Shown here in pieces: positions 20,601 through 31,200 of a stretch of 64,000 nucleotides of DNA. The position numbers were made by a program, and so were the translations under genes. This stretch comes from Polyangiaceae bacterium UTPRO1 (GTDB taxonomy: Bacteria; Desulfobacterota; Binatia; UTPRO1), in the NCBI GenBank assembly GCA_002050235.1, contig MWST01000032.1, positions 600-64,599 of the forward strand, read 5' to 3'. The notes under the pieces are model-generated. The model saw only the letters and a list, made by a program, of their open reading frames with translations, did not search any database and was not told the DNA's origin. Numbering within the stretch: the stretch's first letter is position 1; the number at the start of each line of letters is the position of its first letter.

Positions 20601-21431
20601 ATGAGCGCCAGGCGGCTGCGTATCGCCGTCGTCGGCCATGCCCAGCACGTCACGCTCGCCGCGGTGCCGGCGCTGCCGGCCCCGGGCGAGATCCTCCATC
20701 TCGAGCGGCCGACGGTCATCGCCGGCGGCGGTGGTGCGATCACGTTCTTTCAGCTGGTGCGCAGCCCGGCGGAGGTGCACTTCTTCACCGCTCTCGGCAC
20801 CGACGCCGCCGGCGTCGAGGTCGAGGGCGCGCTCCGCGTTGCCGGCGGAACCGTCCATGTCGCGCATCGCTCCCGCGCCCACCACCGCGACCTCGTCCTC
20901 GTCACTCCCGACGGCGAGCGCACGATCATCGTCATGCAGCCGCCGCTGCACCCGAAGATCGGCGACCCGCTGCCGTGGAACGTGTTCGCGGACTGCGACG
21001 CGGTCTTCTTCACCGGCGACGACTCGGCCCTCCTGCGGGCGGCGCGAGCCGCGCGTCTGCTGGTCGTGACGGCGCGGCGCGCCGCGGTACTGGCGGCAGC
21101 GGCCGTCGCGGCGGATGTCGTCGTCGGCAGCGTGAACGATCCGCGCGAATCGGCGAACGCCTATCCCGCACCGCCGCGCGCGGTCGTGCTTACCGACGGC
21201 CGGCGCGGGGGGCGGATCATGACCGCCGCCGGAAGCGAGGCCTTCGCTGCGCCACCCCCGCCGCCGCGCATCGTCGGCTCCTACGGCGCCGGCGACAGCT
21301 TCGCCGGCGCTCTCACCTGGTATCTGGTCGCGGGGCTACCGCTGAAAGACGCGTGCGAGCGCGCCGGCGTGCACGGCGCCGCGGTGCTAGCCGGCGTCGA
21401 TCCGCTGCAGCACCAGCTACCGCTCGGCTGA
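20601..21431 (+). CDS. PfkB-family carbohydrate kinase (ribokinase-like)
   Basis: 276 aa from ATG 20601. The N-terminus RIAVVGH and the C-terminal GAGDSFAGAL anion-hole motif are typical of PfkB kinases. Confidence 0.75.
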   Translation: MSARRLRIAVVGHAQHVTLAAVPALPAPGEILHLERPTVIAGGGGAITFFQLVRSPAEVHFFTALGTDAAGVEVEGALRVAGGTVHVAHRSRAHHRDLVLVTPDGERTIIVMQPPLHPKIGDPLPWNVFADCDAVFFTGDDSALLRAARAARLLVVTARRAAVLAAAAVAADVVVGSVNDPRESANAYPAPPRAVVLTDGRRGGRIMTAAGSEAFAAPPPPPRIVGSYGAGDSFAGALTWYLVAGLPLKDACERAGVHGAAVLAGVDPLQHQLPLG

Positions 21432-21523
21432 GAGTCCACGCCGCCGCCGGGCCATGCGGACCGCACTCTACTTCATGCGGGGCATCCGCCACGTGCGCCG
21501 TTTTGAACGGGCTGCCGGCGCCG

Positions 21524-24184
21524 CTACGTCCGCTTGGCGCCCCCGCGCGTGCTCGGGGGCGCCACCGGCAGATCCCAGAGCGCGGCGATCTCGGGGTCGT
21601 CCTCGTCCCAGACGCGCCGGTGCAGCTCGGCAACCAGGTCGGGGTGGCGCAGCAGCATCCGGCGATGTTCGGCATCGATCTCGGCCGGGCCCTTGTGCAC
21701 GACCTCGTCGAGCAGCGCCGCGTGCGCGGAGCGGATGCTGGCGCGCAGCTTCCGGCCCGGCCGCAGGAGCGCCTTGTGGAGCGCGTTCACGTACGGATCG
21801 ACCGCCGTCGCGACGAACACGTCGTCGCGTCCGGGTGGCGCTGCGGCCAGGCGCGCCGCCACGGCGCGGACCTCGGGCGGCGGGTCCGTCTCCTCGGGCG
21901 TGAGGAAGAAGCCGAGGTCGCGAGCCCGCGCCCCCGCCGCGACGCGGCTCGCCAGCACCGACACGGGGATCGCCAGCACCAGCGCCCCGATGATCGGCAG
22001 GACCCACCAGAAGTACTCGGGGTTCAGCCAATACAGGAGCGCGCCCCAGGCGCTCGCGAAGAGCGTGTCGAAGCCGTGGGCGCGGATCGCGTCGCCCCAC
22101 GAGGTCTCGGCATCTTCCCGAGTCTGCGAGCGCCACACCACGGTGCGCCCGATGAGGTTGGTGAAGACGAAGCGGCTGTGGAAGGCCATGCGGATCGGCG
22201 CCAGGAGGCTCGAGAGCAGCACGTCGAGGACGACGCTGGCGAGGAGCCGCAGGATGCCGCCGAAGGCGCGCGCCTGGCCTTGGACGGCGATGAGCAACAC
22301 GCTCAGGATCTTCGGCACGAAGAGGATCATGCCGGTGACGGCGAGGAGCGCGAGCGCCCAGTTGGGACGCCAGATCGGCCACTCGGGAAAGAGGCTCGGC
22401 CCCGACGGGAAGTAGTCGGGCTCGAAGAAGACGTTGGCGACGGCCTCCCAGGTGCTGAGCAGGAGGAACGTCGCCCACAGCAGCGCCGACACGTACGAGA
22501 GCGCACCGTTCAGGAAGAGCGTGCGGTGGGCGCCGAAGAGACCCTCGGTGAAGAGGAGGCGCAGGTGCTGGAGGTTGCCCTGGCACCAGCGGCGATCGCG
22601 GCTCATCTCCTCGAGCAGCGTCGACGGCACCTCCTCCCACGAGCCGCCGAGGTCGTAGGCGAGCCAGGTGGTCCAGCCGGCGCGCCCCATGAGCGCCGCC
22701 TCGACGAAATCGTGGCTCAGGATCTCGCCGCCGAGCGGCGGCTTCCCGGGCAGGCGCGGCAGCGCGCAGTGCTCGATGAACGGCGCCGTGCGGATGATGG
22801 CGTTGTGGCCCCAGTACTGGCCGTCGCCGAGCTGCCAGAAGTGCAGCCCCGCCGAGAACATCGGCCCGTAGGCGCGGCTGGAGAACTGCTGCACGCGCGC
22901 GAACAGCGAGCGCCGCTGTACCGCGATCGGCACTGTCTGGATGATACCGACGTCGGGGTGGCGGCGCATGAGCTCGACGAGCCGCACCAGGGTCGATCCC
23001 TGCATGACGCTGTCGGCGTCGAGCATCACCATGAACGGGTAGCGCGCCCCCCAGCGCCGACAGAAGTCGGCGACGTTGCCGCTCTTGCGGCGCAGCCGTA
23101 CGCGCCGGCGCCGATAGAAGATGCGGTCGAAGCCGTCGACGTCGCGCGCCCACGCCGCCCATGCCTCCTCCTCGCGGACGATGGTTTCGGCGTCGGCGGT
23201 GTCGCTCAGCACGAAGAAGTGGAACTGGTCGGCGGCGCCGATCCCCGCCAGCGACTCCTCGATCGCGCGCAGGCCGGCGAAGACGCGGTCGACCGGCTCG
23301 TTGCAGATCGGCATGACGATCGCGGTGGGACGCCCCGTGACGGCGGGATCGGGCGCGGCGCCCGGAAACGGCACGCTCGTACCGGGAGCGCGCGAGATCG
23401 CGAAACGATCGCCGCGCACCAGACACCAGAAGCCCATGAGCGCCGCCCAGAATCCGATCGAGATCCATCCGAAGAGCACCCCGAAGACGACGACGATCGC
23501 GACCTCGAGCCAAGTGCCGCCTCCCCGCGGCAGCACGCTGACCATGAAGCCGCTCGCGACGACGGTCGGCAGCAGCACGAGGACGGAGAGAAGGAGGCGG
23601 CGGCGGTGGGCGACGCGCGTCCACGCGAGCGCGCGCCGCCGACGGCGGAACGCCTTCCGCGCCGCCGCGCCCGAGACGCGGCCGCGCAACCGCCCGAACC
23701 AACGATACAGGAGGCGGCGCTCCATCGGCTCCGGCGCCATCGACGTGCGCTGGAGCGGCGGCATCGAGTCGAAGCGGCCGCCGCTCACCGGCGCCGTGCG
23801 CAGCGCTCCGGATGCGCCGACGACACCGGTCCCGAGCCGCCACGCGAGGAAAGGCTCGATGCCCCCGTCCCAGGGTCGCGGCGGCACGGGGCGCTGCCGC
23901 AAGAGGAGCGTGCGGAGCTGGGCCAAGGTCACGTCGACCGCGTCGTTGCCCTCCTCCCAGGGCTCGCTCATCGCCAGCCCCACGGCCTCGCGGGCGAGCC
24001 CGTCGCGCTCGGCGGCGGCGACGCCGAGCGCCGCCAGGTAGGCCACGGCCCGCACGTGGGCCAGCCGCCAATCCTGGAGCAGGCGGTGCCCCGGCCCGTC
24101 GAGGCGCAGGCGACCGGGATCGGTCGGGCCGTCGGCGGTCACGTGCAGGACCGGATCGGCCAGTGGCTCGAGACGTTTGTCCAT
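21524..24184 (-). CDS. opgH: Glucans biosynthesis glucosyltransferase H (OPG synthase, GT2)
   Basis: 886 aa. Motifs TAIVMPICNEPV, FHFFVLSDT, RKSGNVADFCRRWG, MVMLDADSVM and QGNLQH, with flanking TM segments as in MdoH/OpgH. Confidence 0.88.
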   Translation of the reverse strand: MDKRLEPLADPVLHVTADGPTDPGRLRLDGPGHRLLQDWRLAHVRAVAYLAALGVAAAERDGLAREAVGLAMSEPWEEGNDAVDVTLAQLRTLLLRQRPVPPRPWDGGIEPFLAWRLGTGVVGASGALRTAPVSGGRFDSMPPLQRTSMAPEPMERRLLYRWFGRLRGRVSGAAARKAFRRRRRALAWTRVAHRRRLLLSVLVLLPTVVASGFMVSVLPRGGGTWLEVAIVVVFGVLFGWISIGFWAALMGFWCLVRGDRFAISRAPGTSVPFPGAAPDPAVTGRPTAIVMPICNEPVDRVFAGLRAIEESLAGIGAADQFHFFVLSDTADAETIVREEEAWAAWARDVDGFDRIFYRRRRVRLRRKSGNVADFCRRWGARYPFMVMLDADSVMQGSTLVRLVELMRRHPDVGIIQTVPIAVQRRSLFARVQQFSSRAYGPMFSAGLHFWQLGDGQYWGHNAIIRTAPFIEHCALPRLPGKPPLGGEILSHDFVEAALMGRAGWTTWLAYDLGGSWEEVPSTLLEEMSRDRRWCQGNLQHLRLLFTEGLFGAHRTLFLNGALSYVSALLWATFLLLSTWEAVANVFFEPDYFPSGPSLFPEWPIWRPNWALALLAVTGMILFVPKILSVLLIAVQGQARAFGGILRLLASVVLDVLLSSLLAPIRMAFHSRFVFTNLIGRTVVWRSQTREDAETSWGDAIRAHGFDTLFASAWGALLYWLNPEYFWWVLPIIGALVLAIPVSVLASRVAAGARARDLGFFLTPEETDPPPEVRAVAARLAAAPPGRDDVFVATAVDPYVNALHKALLRPGRKLRASIRSAHAALLDEVVHKGPAEIDAEHRRMLLRHPDLVAELHRRVWDEDDPEIAALWDLPVAPPSTRGGAKRT

Positions 24185-24211
24185 CGGCTCAACGAGGGCA
24201 ACGGAGCGCCA

Positions 24212-25408
24212 TCATGGCACGGGGAGCAGTCGGTTGGCACGCGCCACGGCGCCCAGCCAATGGGCGCTAGGGCGCGGAGTCCGCCGCTGCGTGGCGCGGT
24301 CGACGGCGACGATGCCGAAGCGCGGAGCGTAGCCGAATGCCCACTCGAAGTTGTCGAGCAGGCTCCAGTAGAGGTAGCCGCCGACCGGAATTCCGTCGGC
24401 AAGGCAGGCGAGCACGCCGCGGAGCGCCCGCTCGACGTACTCGATGCGCTCGCGATCGTCGTCGACGGCGACGCCGTTCTCGGTGACGACGATCGGCGCA
24501 CCGGTGCGCGCCGCGGCGCGACGGATGCAAGCCTCCAGAGCCTCGGGATAGAACTCCCAGCCCATCTGGGTGCAGCGCGCCGACGGAGCCGGCCGCCGCG
24601 GTCCGTCCGGGCCGACGAGCGCGCGCGTGTAGACCTGGACGCCGAGGAAGTCGTCGCCGCGCGCGGCTTCGAGGAACACGTCTTCCATGTCGCGGCGCTC
24701 CTGGTCGCGGACGCTCTCGCCGCCGTCGACGGCCTGCCAGTCCTGCATGGCGAGCGTGAGGCCGATCGGCGCCCGGCCCGGGCCGCCGCGGATCGCTTCG
24801 ACGGCGCGGCGATGCGCCGTGATCAGGATGTCGTTGACGCGCCGGCGCAGCGCCGGATCGCGATGTCCGGGCGGAAAGAGCCCCCAGCGATAGCCGGCAT
24901 CGGCGACGATGTTCGGCTCGTTGATCGTGCACATCCGGGCGACGACGTCGCCGAGCCGGACCGCCGCGCGCGCCGCGAAGCGCGCGAAGAGGTCGGCCGT
25001 CGCCGGCTCCGCCCAGCCGCCGCGCGCGGCCACCCAACGCGGCGTCGTGAAGTGGTGGAAGGTGAGGATCGGCGTGAGTCCGCGCGCCAGGCAGGCCTCG
25101 CACATGCGGCGGTAATGATCGAGCGCCGCGGCCGAGAACTCGCCGTCTTCGGGCTCGATGCGGCTCCACTCGAGCGAGAAGCGATAGGCGCCGAAGCCGA
25201 GTCCGGCAAGCAGGTCGAGATCGTCGGGATAGCGGTGGTAGTGATCGCAGGCGTCGCCGCTCGGCTCGCGGCACGGAGTGTCGGCGCCGTGCTCCCAGGC
25301 CCACCAGTCGTTGTTCCAGTTGCCTCCCTCTACCTGGTGAGCAGCCGTGGCGGCGCCCCAAACGAAGCCGTCGGGAAAGGCATCGACGGAGGCCGGTCGC
25401 GGGGGCAC
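24212..25408 (-). CDS. GH1 beta-glucosidase
   Basis: 398 aa from GTG 25408, inside a 945-aa shadow-extended ORF. Motifs FPDGFVWGAATAAHQVEGG, the acid/base TINEPN, and the nucleophile VTENG. It ends 27 nt upstream of the opgH start on the same strand. Confidence 0.85.
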   Translation of the reverse strand: MPPRPASVDAFPDGFVWGAATAAHQVEGGNWNNDWWAWEHGADTPCREPSGDACDHYHRYPDDLDLLAGLGFGAYRFSLEWSRIEPEDGEFSAAALDHYRRMCEACLARGLTPILTFHHFTTPRWVAARGGWAEPATADLFARFAARAAVRLGDVVARMCTINEPNIVADAGYRWGLFPPGHRDPALRRRVNDILITAHRRAVEAIRGGPGRAPIGLTLAMQDWQAVDGGESVRDQERRDMEDVFLEAARGDDFLGVQVYTRALVGPDGPRRPAPSARCTQMGWEFYPEALEACIRRAAARTGAPIVVTENGVAVDDDRERIEYVERALRGVLACLADGIPVGGYLYWSLLDNFEWAFGYAPRFGIVAVDRATQRRTPRPSAHWLGAVARANRLLPVP

Positions 25409-25501
25409 CCGGCAGGTATGGGAGGCGCCGTGTCCGGCGTCAAGTGCCGACGCAGAGACCGAGCAGACGACCAGGCGCCCGTCTGGCACAATGGGGCGCA
25501 C

Positions 25502-27088
25502 ATGCACCGGCGGCGCGCGCGCACTTCGGTCCTCCCGTGGCTCGCGGCCGTCGCGGCGCTGCTGCTCGTGTCGGCCTGGCGTCCGCAAGCCCGCGCGGCC
25601 GACGCCGCGGCGGACGACGGGCTGCCGCGCCCCGTGTGCCCACTCGAATCCATCGTGCGCAACGACGGCGACATCCCCGTCTGGGAAGACGACCCGGTGC
25701 TGACGCCGAGGAAGACGGCGTGGGAAGACTCGCTCGGCGGTCGGGTCGCCGCCCGGCCGGCCGTGCGCGCCCGCTTGCAAGGCTGGCCAGCGCTCGCGCT
25801 CCGGGATCGCGCCGCACTGCCCGGCGACGACCGCGCCTTCCTCGAGCAGCTCGCGCGCGACACCTGGCGCGGACTCGACGCTTTCACCGACCGCGAGAAC
25901 GGTCTCCCGGTCGACCACGTCCGCCTCGAGCCCGATGGCGGCGGCGCGCCGGCGGGCGTCGTCGGCGACTACACCAACATCACCAATGTCGGCATGCACC
26001 TGATCGCGGCCGTCGCCGCACAGGCGCTCGGACTCGTCTCCGCAGCGGAGGTCGTAGCCTCTATCGAGCGCACGCTCGATACCCTCGATCGCCTCGAAAC
26101 GCACGCGGGCTTCTTCTTCAACTACTACGACACCACCTCGCTCGAGCGGACGAGCAACTTCATCTCGTTCGTCGACTCGTCGTGGCTGACCGCCGGCCTC
26201 ATGATCGCGCGCGCCGCGCTCCCGCCGCTCGCGGCGCGCACGACCGCACTCCTCGGCCGTATGGACTACCGCTTCTTCTACGACCAGAAGCTGGGCCTGC
26301 TCTCGCACGGCTACTTCGTCCATCGTCGCGCGCGCTCGCGCTACCATTATGCGGTGCTCTACACCGAGGCGCGCCTCGGAGCGCTGATTGCCATCGGCAA
26401 GGGCGATGTCCCCGAAGCGACCTGGTTCCGCATGGTGCGGACCTACCCCGCCGACTGCCTCGGCCAGAACCAGACGCCGGTCGCCGCCGTCCACAAGGTG
26501 GTGCGCGGCCACGGGGTGTGGGGCGGCTGGTACGAGTGGCAGGGCGAACGCTACGTGCCGTCGTGGGGCGGCAGCATGTTCGAAGCCCTGATGCCGACGC
26601 TCGTCATCGACGAACAGCGCGCCGCGCCGGCTAGCCTCGGAGCCAACGACGTCACCCACGCCGTCGTGCAGCGCCGCTACGCGCTCGAAACCCTCGGCTA
26701 CCCCGTCTGGGGCCTGTCGCCCGCCGCCATCCCCGGCGGCGGCTACCGGGAGTTCGGCGTGCGCCCGCTCGGCATGCGCGGCTACGGTGCCGGCATCGTG
26801 ACCCCGCACGCGAGCGCCCTCGCCCTCACCGTGACGCCCGCCGAGGCGACCGCCAACCTGCGCCGCCTCGCCGAGCGCTACGAGATCTACGGCGACTACG
26901 GCCTCTACGACGCCGTCGATCCGGCGACCGGCCAGGTCGCACGCACCTATCTCGCGCTCGACCAGGCGATGACGCTGGTGGCCATCGCCAACCATCTGCG
27001 GCCTGCCGTGATCCCGAACCTCCTGGCCACGGACGCGGCCGTCAGGCACGCCCTCGCGATCCTCGGCGACGAGCGTTTCTTCGAGTAG
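25502..27088 (+). CDS. Secreted DUF3131/'glucoamylase'-family protein (GH144-like putative endo-beta-1,2-glucanase)
   Basis: 528 aa from ATG 25502, the 3' end of a 2178-aa shadow ORF. It has a Sec signal (AVAALLLVSAWRPQARA). The motifs FFNYYDT, VDSSWLTAG and SWGGSMFEALMP recall the alpha/alpha-toroid family linked to beta-1,2-glucan metabolism. The family assignment is from memory. Confidence 0.65.
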   Translation: MHRRRARTSVLPWLAAVAALLLVSAWRPQARAADAAADDGLPRPVCPLESIVRNDGDIPVWEDDPVLTPRKTAWEDSLGGRVAARPAVRARLQGWPALALRDRAALPGDDRAFLEQLARDTWRGLDAFTDRENGLPVDHVRLEPDGGGAPAGVVGDYTNITNVGMHLIAAVAAQALGLVSAAEVVASIERTLDTLDRLETHAGFFFNYYDTTSLERTSNFISFVDSSWLTAGLMIARAALPPLAARTTALLGRMDYRFFYDQKLGLLSHGYFVHRRARSRYHYAVLYTEARLGALIAIGKGDVPEATWFRMVRTYPADCLGQNQTPVAAVHKVVRGHGVWGGWYEWQGERYVPSWGGSMFEALMPTLVIDEQRAAPASLGANDVTHAVVQRRYALETLGYPVWGLSPAAIPGGGYREFGVRPLGMRGYGAGIVTPHASALALTVTPAEATANLRRLAERYEIYGDYGLYDAVDPATGQVARTYLALDQAMTLVAIANHLRPAVIPNLLATDAAVRHALAILGDERFFE

Positions 27089-27099
27089 AAGACCCGGCG

Positions 27100-28200
27100 A
27101 TGGCTCGGGTCGCCCTCGTCCACTTAGGTAAAGTCTACGGCAACGACGTGCGGGCGCTCGACGACGTCACGCTCGAGGCCGCCGACGGCGAGCTCCTCGT
27201 GCTGGTCGGGCCGTCGGGGTGCGGCAAGTCGACGGTGCTGCGCCTGGTCGCCGGCCTCGAGGAGGCGACGAGCGGCGAGATCCGCATCGGCGGCGTCGTC
27301 GTCAACGACCTGCCGCCGCAGGAGCGCAACGTCGCCATGGTGTTCCAGGACTACGCGCTCTACCCGCACATGACGGTGCGGCGCAACCTCGAGTTCCCGT
27401 TGCGCATGCGCGGTGCCGCCCGCACCGAGATCGACCGCCGCGTCGCCGCGGTGGCGCGCCAGCTCGAGCTCGACGCCGTGCTCGACCGCCTCCCGAAACA
27501 GCTCTCCGGCGGCCAGCGCCAGCGCGTCGCCATGGGCCGCGCGCTCGTCCGCGAGCCGGCCGTGTCGCTCCTCGACGAGCCGCTCTCGAACCTCGACGCC
27601 AAGCTCCGGGTAGAGGTGCGCGCCGAGATCGCGGCGCTCCAGGAACGCACCCGGACCACGATGCTCTACGTGACCCACGACCAGGTCGAAGCGATGACGC
27701 TCGGCGAGCGCGTCGCCGTCCTGAACGCCGGCCGGCTCCAACAGGTCGCGTCGCCGCGCGAGCTCTACGAGCACCCGGCGAGCGCGTTCGTAGCCGGCTT
27801 CATCGGCAACCCGCCGATGAACCTGCTGCCGGGTCGGCTGGTGGCGGACGGCGGCGAGACCCGGGTCGCCGTCGCCGGCGGGACCCTGCGGCTGGCGCCC
27901 GCGGCGCTCGCGGGGCGCGAGCCGGCCGGAGGCGACGAAGTCACCGCCGGTATCCGCCCCGAAGCCCTGGTCCGCGTCGAGGACGGCGCGGCGAACGCGC
28001 TGCGCTTCGTCGTCGAGCACGTCGAGTGGCTCGGCCACGAGACCCTCGCGCACTTGCGGGCGGCGGCGGGAGCGGACGGCGCGCAGGTGGTGGCCCGCCT
28101 GCCCGGCATGCACCCGCTCGCCGCCGGCGCGCCGCTCGCGCTCGCCGTCGACCCCGGGCGCGTCTACGTCTTCGATCGCGACGGCCGGGCGCTCGCGTAG
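27100..28200 (+). CDS. Sugar ABC transporter ATP-binding protein (MalK/UgpC/MsiK-like)
   Basis: 366 aa. It has Walker A GPSGCGKST, the Q-loop, the signature LSGGQRQR, Walker B LLDEPLSNLD, and a MalK-type C-terminal regulatory domain. Confidence 0.9.
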   Translation: MARVALVHLGKVYGNDVRALDDVTLEAADGELLVLVGPSGCGKSTVLRLVAGLEEATSGEIRIGGVVVNDLPPQERNVAMVFQDYALYPHMTVRRNLEFPLRMRGAARTEIDRRVAAVARQLELDAVLDRLPKQLSGGQRQRVAMGRALVREPAVSLLDEPLSNLDAKLRVEVRAEIAALQERTRTTMLYVTHDQVEAMTLGERVAVLNAGRLQQVASPRELYEHPASAFVAGFIGNPPMNLLPGRLVADGGETRVAVAGGTLRLAPAALAGREPAGGDEVTAGIRPEALVRVEDGAANALRFVVEHVEWLGHETLAHLRAAAGADGAQVVARLPGMHPLAAGAPLALAVDPGRVYVFDRDGRALA

Positions 28201-28236
28201 CGGCGTGCGCCCGGCGAACAGCCGCATCCGCAGCTC

Positions 28237-31200
28237 TCAGAGCCCGAGGCGCACCTCGGCCGGAAAGGTCCGTATAGTCACCTCGTGCTCGCCGCTGCCG
28301 GCAGCGGGGGCGCCGTTCACGGTGACGCGCGCGACCGGTCCCGGAAGCGGCGGCTGCAGGACGATGCCGCCGGCCGGCACGGTGAGATCACCGTCGATGC
28401 GGAAGACGAGCGCGTGCTCGCCCTCGGCGGTGAGCGTGTAGGAGAGCACCCCCCAGTATGTGGGCAGGCGCTTCACCTCGACCCCCGGTGCCGCGAGCCA
28501 GCTCGCGGGCACGCCGGCGGCGAGGACGAGGGCCTGGTCGCTCTCGCGCTCGTACGCGAGCATCGTCCTGAAAGCGCGCACGAAGCTCGAGCCGACCCAG
28601 GTGTGCGGCATGTCGCCGATGAAGCGCGGCGCATTCGGATCGTGCCAGACGATCTCGGCCCACTGGTTCCACGCCGCCGGCCGCTGGTCGCGGAGCAGCG
28701 CCGCGAGGATGTCGTGGGCGCGTCCACGCTCGCCGAGGCGCACCATGGCTTCGACGTTGCGGAGCTCGTACGGGCTGTAGCCGCTGCTGGTCCCCCGTCC
28801 CTCGACGCGCTCCGCGACGGTGTCCCAGTAGCGCTCGAAGGTCCGGTCGATGGCGGCGCGCGGGAGATGCGGCGTCAGGTCGGCGATGGTGACCGCGATC
28901 GCGCTCGAGGTGGGGTCGAAGTCGGCGAGCTCGGCCGAGGCCGGGAGATAGTCGGTCGTCCGCGTCTCCATGACCCGGGCGATCGAGGCCACGATGTCGG
29001 CGCGGAACGCGTCGCGCAGCTCGACCCAGCCGGCGGCGCGCGCACCGTCGCCGACGGCCCGCGCCAGCTCGGCCGCATCGGCGACGCCGCGGAGGGCGAA
29101 GAAGTCGTCCCAGTACGAGTGCACCGGATGCGAGCTGTAGCCCTCGTGGCTGATCGACTCCGGGAGGAGGCCGAAGAAGATCTGCCGCCCGGGCTCGCGA
29201 TAGGCGTCGGTCGTGCGGGCGGCGCGGGCGTTGGCGATCCAGTCGACGGCGCGCGTGACTACCGGCCAGAGCGCGTGCACGAAGCCGACGTCGCGGGTGA
29301 AGCGGTAGTACTCGGCGATCGCGTAGAGCAGCTCGCCGTTGCTGTCGTGCTCGGGCACCGGGTCGGCGCCGCGCCGGTCGACGCAGCACGGCACCCGGCC
29401 GTCCGGCAGCTGAAACGGCGCATACCAGGCGAGGAAGTCCCGCACCGCCTCCACGTGGCCAGTCTTCAAGAGCACATCGGAGGTGAGCGCGCCGTCGCGA
29501 ATCCACGAGCGCGCGTAGGTGCGGGCACCGGGCTGGATCGCTGGACCGTCGCGGTTGACGAGGATGTAGGCGATCGTCGAGCGGAGCGTGTCGACGAGGC
29601 CGCGAGCGTCTTCCGGCAGCGTCACCTCGACGCGGCTCACCTGCTCGGTCCAATCGCGGACGACGCGGGCGCGCTCGGCCTCGACGTCGGCCATGCTCAT
29701 CGTCGGCGCGCGCGCGATCACCGGTCCCGGGTCGTGGAAGGGCACGGCCACCTGGACGGTGCCCGGCGCCCCTGGCGCCACCGTCAGCCGATACGCGAGC
29801 GCGCCCGACGCCCAGCCGAGCGCATCGGCGATGCCGGTCTCGGGCGGAACCTTGCCTTTCAATAGATAGGGGCCGACGAGCCCCTGCTCGAAAGTCGCCG
29901 CCCCGAAGCGGTCGGGCATCGTCAGCGACACCACGGCGCGATCGCCGTTCACCCACACCGTCCGGCCGTCGAGCGCCAGGGTGCGTATCGGCGTGACTCC
30001 ACCCACCATGTTCAGCGACTGCCACGGCGGCAGCACCTGGAAGGGCCGCAGCGCCAGAAAGAGGTCGACGTCGCGACCGCGGTCGCCGCGGTTCTCGAGA
30101 TCGTAGCGCACGTAGAGCACCGCCGACTCCGCGGGCCCGGCAGCGAAGGCCTCGATGCGCAGCCGCAGGTCCCCGTAGCGCCAGGTCACCGACGGGATCG
30201 GCAGCGCCCGGTCGGCGAGCGCCTGCGTCGGCTGCACGTCGCTCCAGGTCACGAGCGCGCCGTCGACGTAGAGGAACGGCTCGATCGTGAAGGCGCCCTT
30301 GTCGACCTCGACGATGCCCTCCTCGCTGACCAGAGCCTTGCGGTCGCCGCCCGGCACGCCGACGACGGTCCAGTACGATTGCCGACCGGTGAAGTACTTG
30401 GGGTACGTGCCGCGGAAGGCGCCCGCCGCAATCGCCTCGAAGAACTGGTTCGGCGAGGCGGAGAAGGCGATCGGTTGCACCGCCAGGCTGCGGATCTCGT
30501 AGCCCTTGCCCTGGCTGCTCTGCAGCAGCTCGAGGCGGATGTAGCGGGACTCGCCGTCGGGGAGGTAGACGTAGCTCCGCCCGCCGCTCCCGGCCGAGCT
30601 CGTGTAGGCCGGGGTCCACGTCTCGGCGTCGTCCGAGACCTCGACGCGATAGCTCGTCGCGTAGTGCTCGGGATCCCAATCGACGATGAGCCCGCCGTAC
30701 TCGCGCGGCCGCCCGAAATCGAGCTGCAGCCATTGCTCGGCGGCGAGCTCGCCGCTGCGCCAGCTCGTCTGCGGATCCTGGTCGAGGACGAGGCGGGGCT
30801 CGTGGCCGGGCGCGAACGTCGACGCCGTCACCAGCGGCGGCAGATCGGCGCGACTCGCCGCCGGCCGCTCCTCGAGCCGCAGGTCGTCGATCCACACCGA
30901 GCCCTTGCCGCCGGCGCCGGTCGTGATCGCGATCTCGATGAACGCGACCTTCCGCGGTGCGGCCGCGCGGCGCTGGCCCCAGGCGTATTCGAGGCGCGAC
31001 TTCTTGACGACGACGTGCTGCCACTCCTTCTGGAAGGCGTAGTCGCGGTACACTCGCCACCAGACGTTGTCGTTGGCGGGCTCGATGAGCTTGAACTCGA
31101 GCGTGTTCGGCGGCGCGTCGCCGCGGACGTCGAAGGTGAAGGCGAAGTTGCCGGGGAGCGTGAGCGGGAAGGCCTTGCGCGCGATGACGAACCCGCCGCC

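Noticed and set aside
25484-25501. TGGCACAATGGGGCG, a sigma-54-like motif just upstream of the DUF3131 gene
   Set aside because: The GC of the -12 element is one position out of register, and the motif ends at the start codon. That leaves no room for a transcript leader.
20552-27088. 2178-aa plus-strand ORF, the longest in the window
   Set aside because: Most of its translation is Arg/Ala/Pro/Gly-rich low complexity lying antisense to opgH and GH1, both of which have clear family motifs. Only the last 528 codons (from ATG 25502) look like a real protein. Stop codons are rare in off-frames at this G+C, which explains the length.
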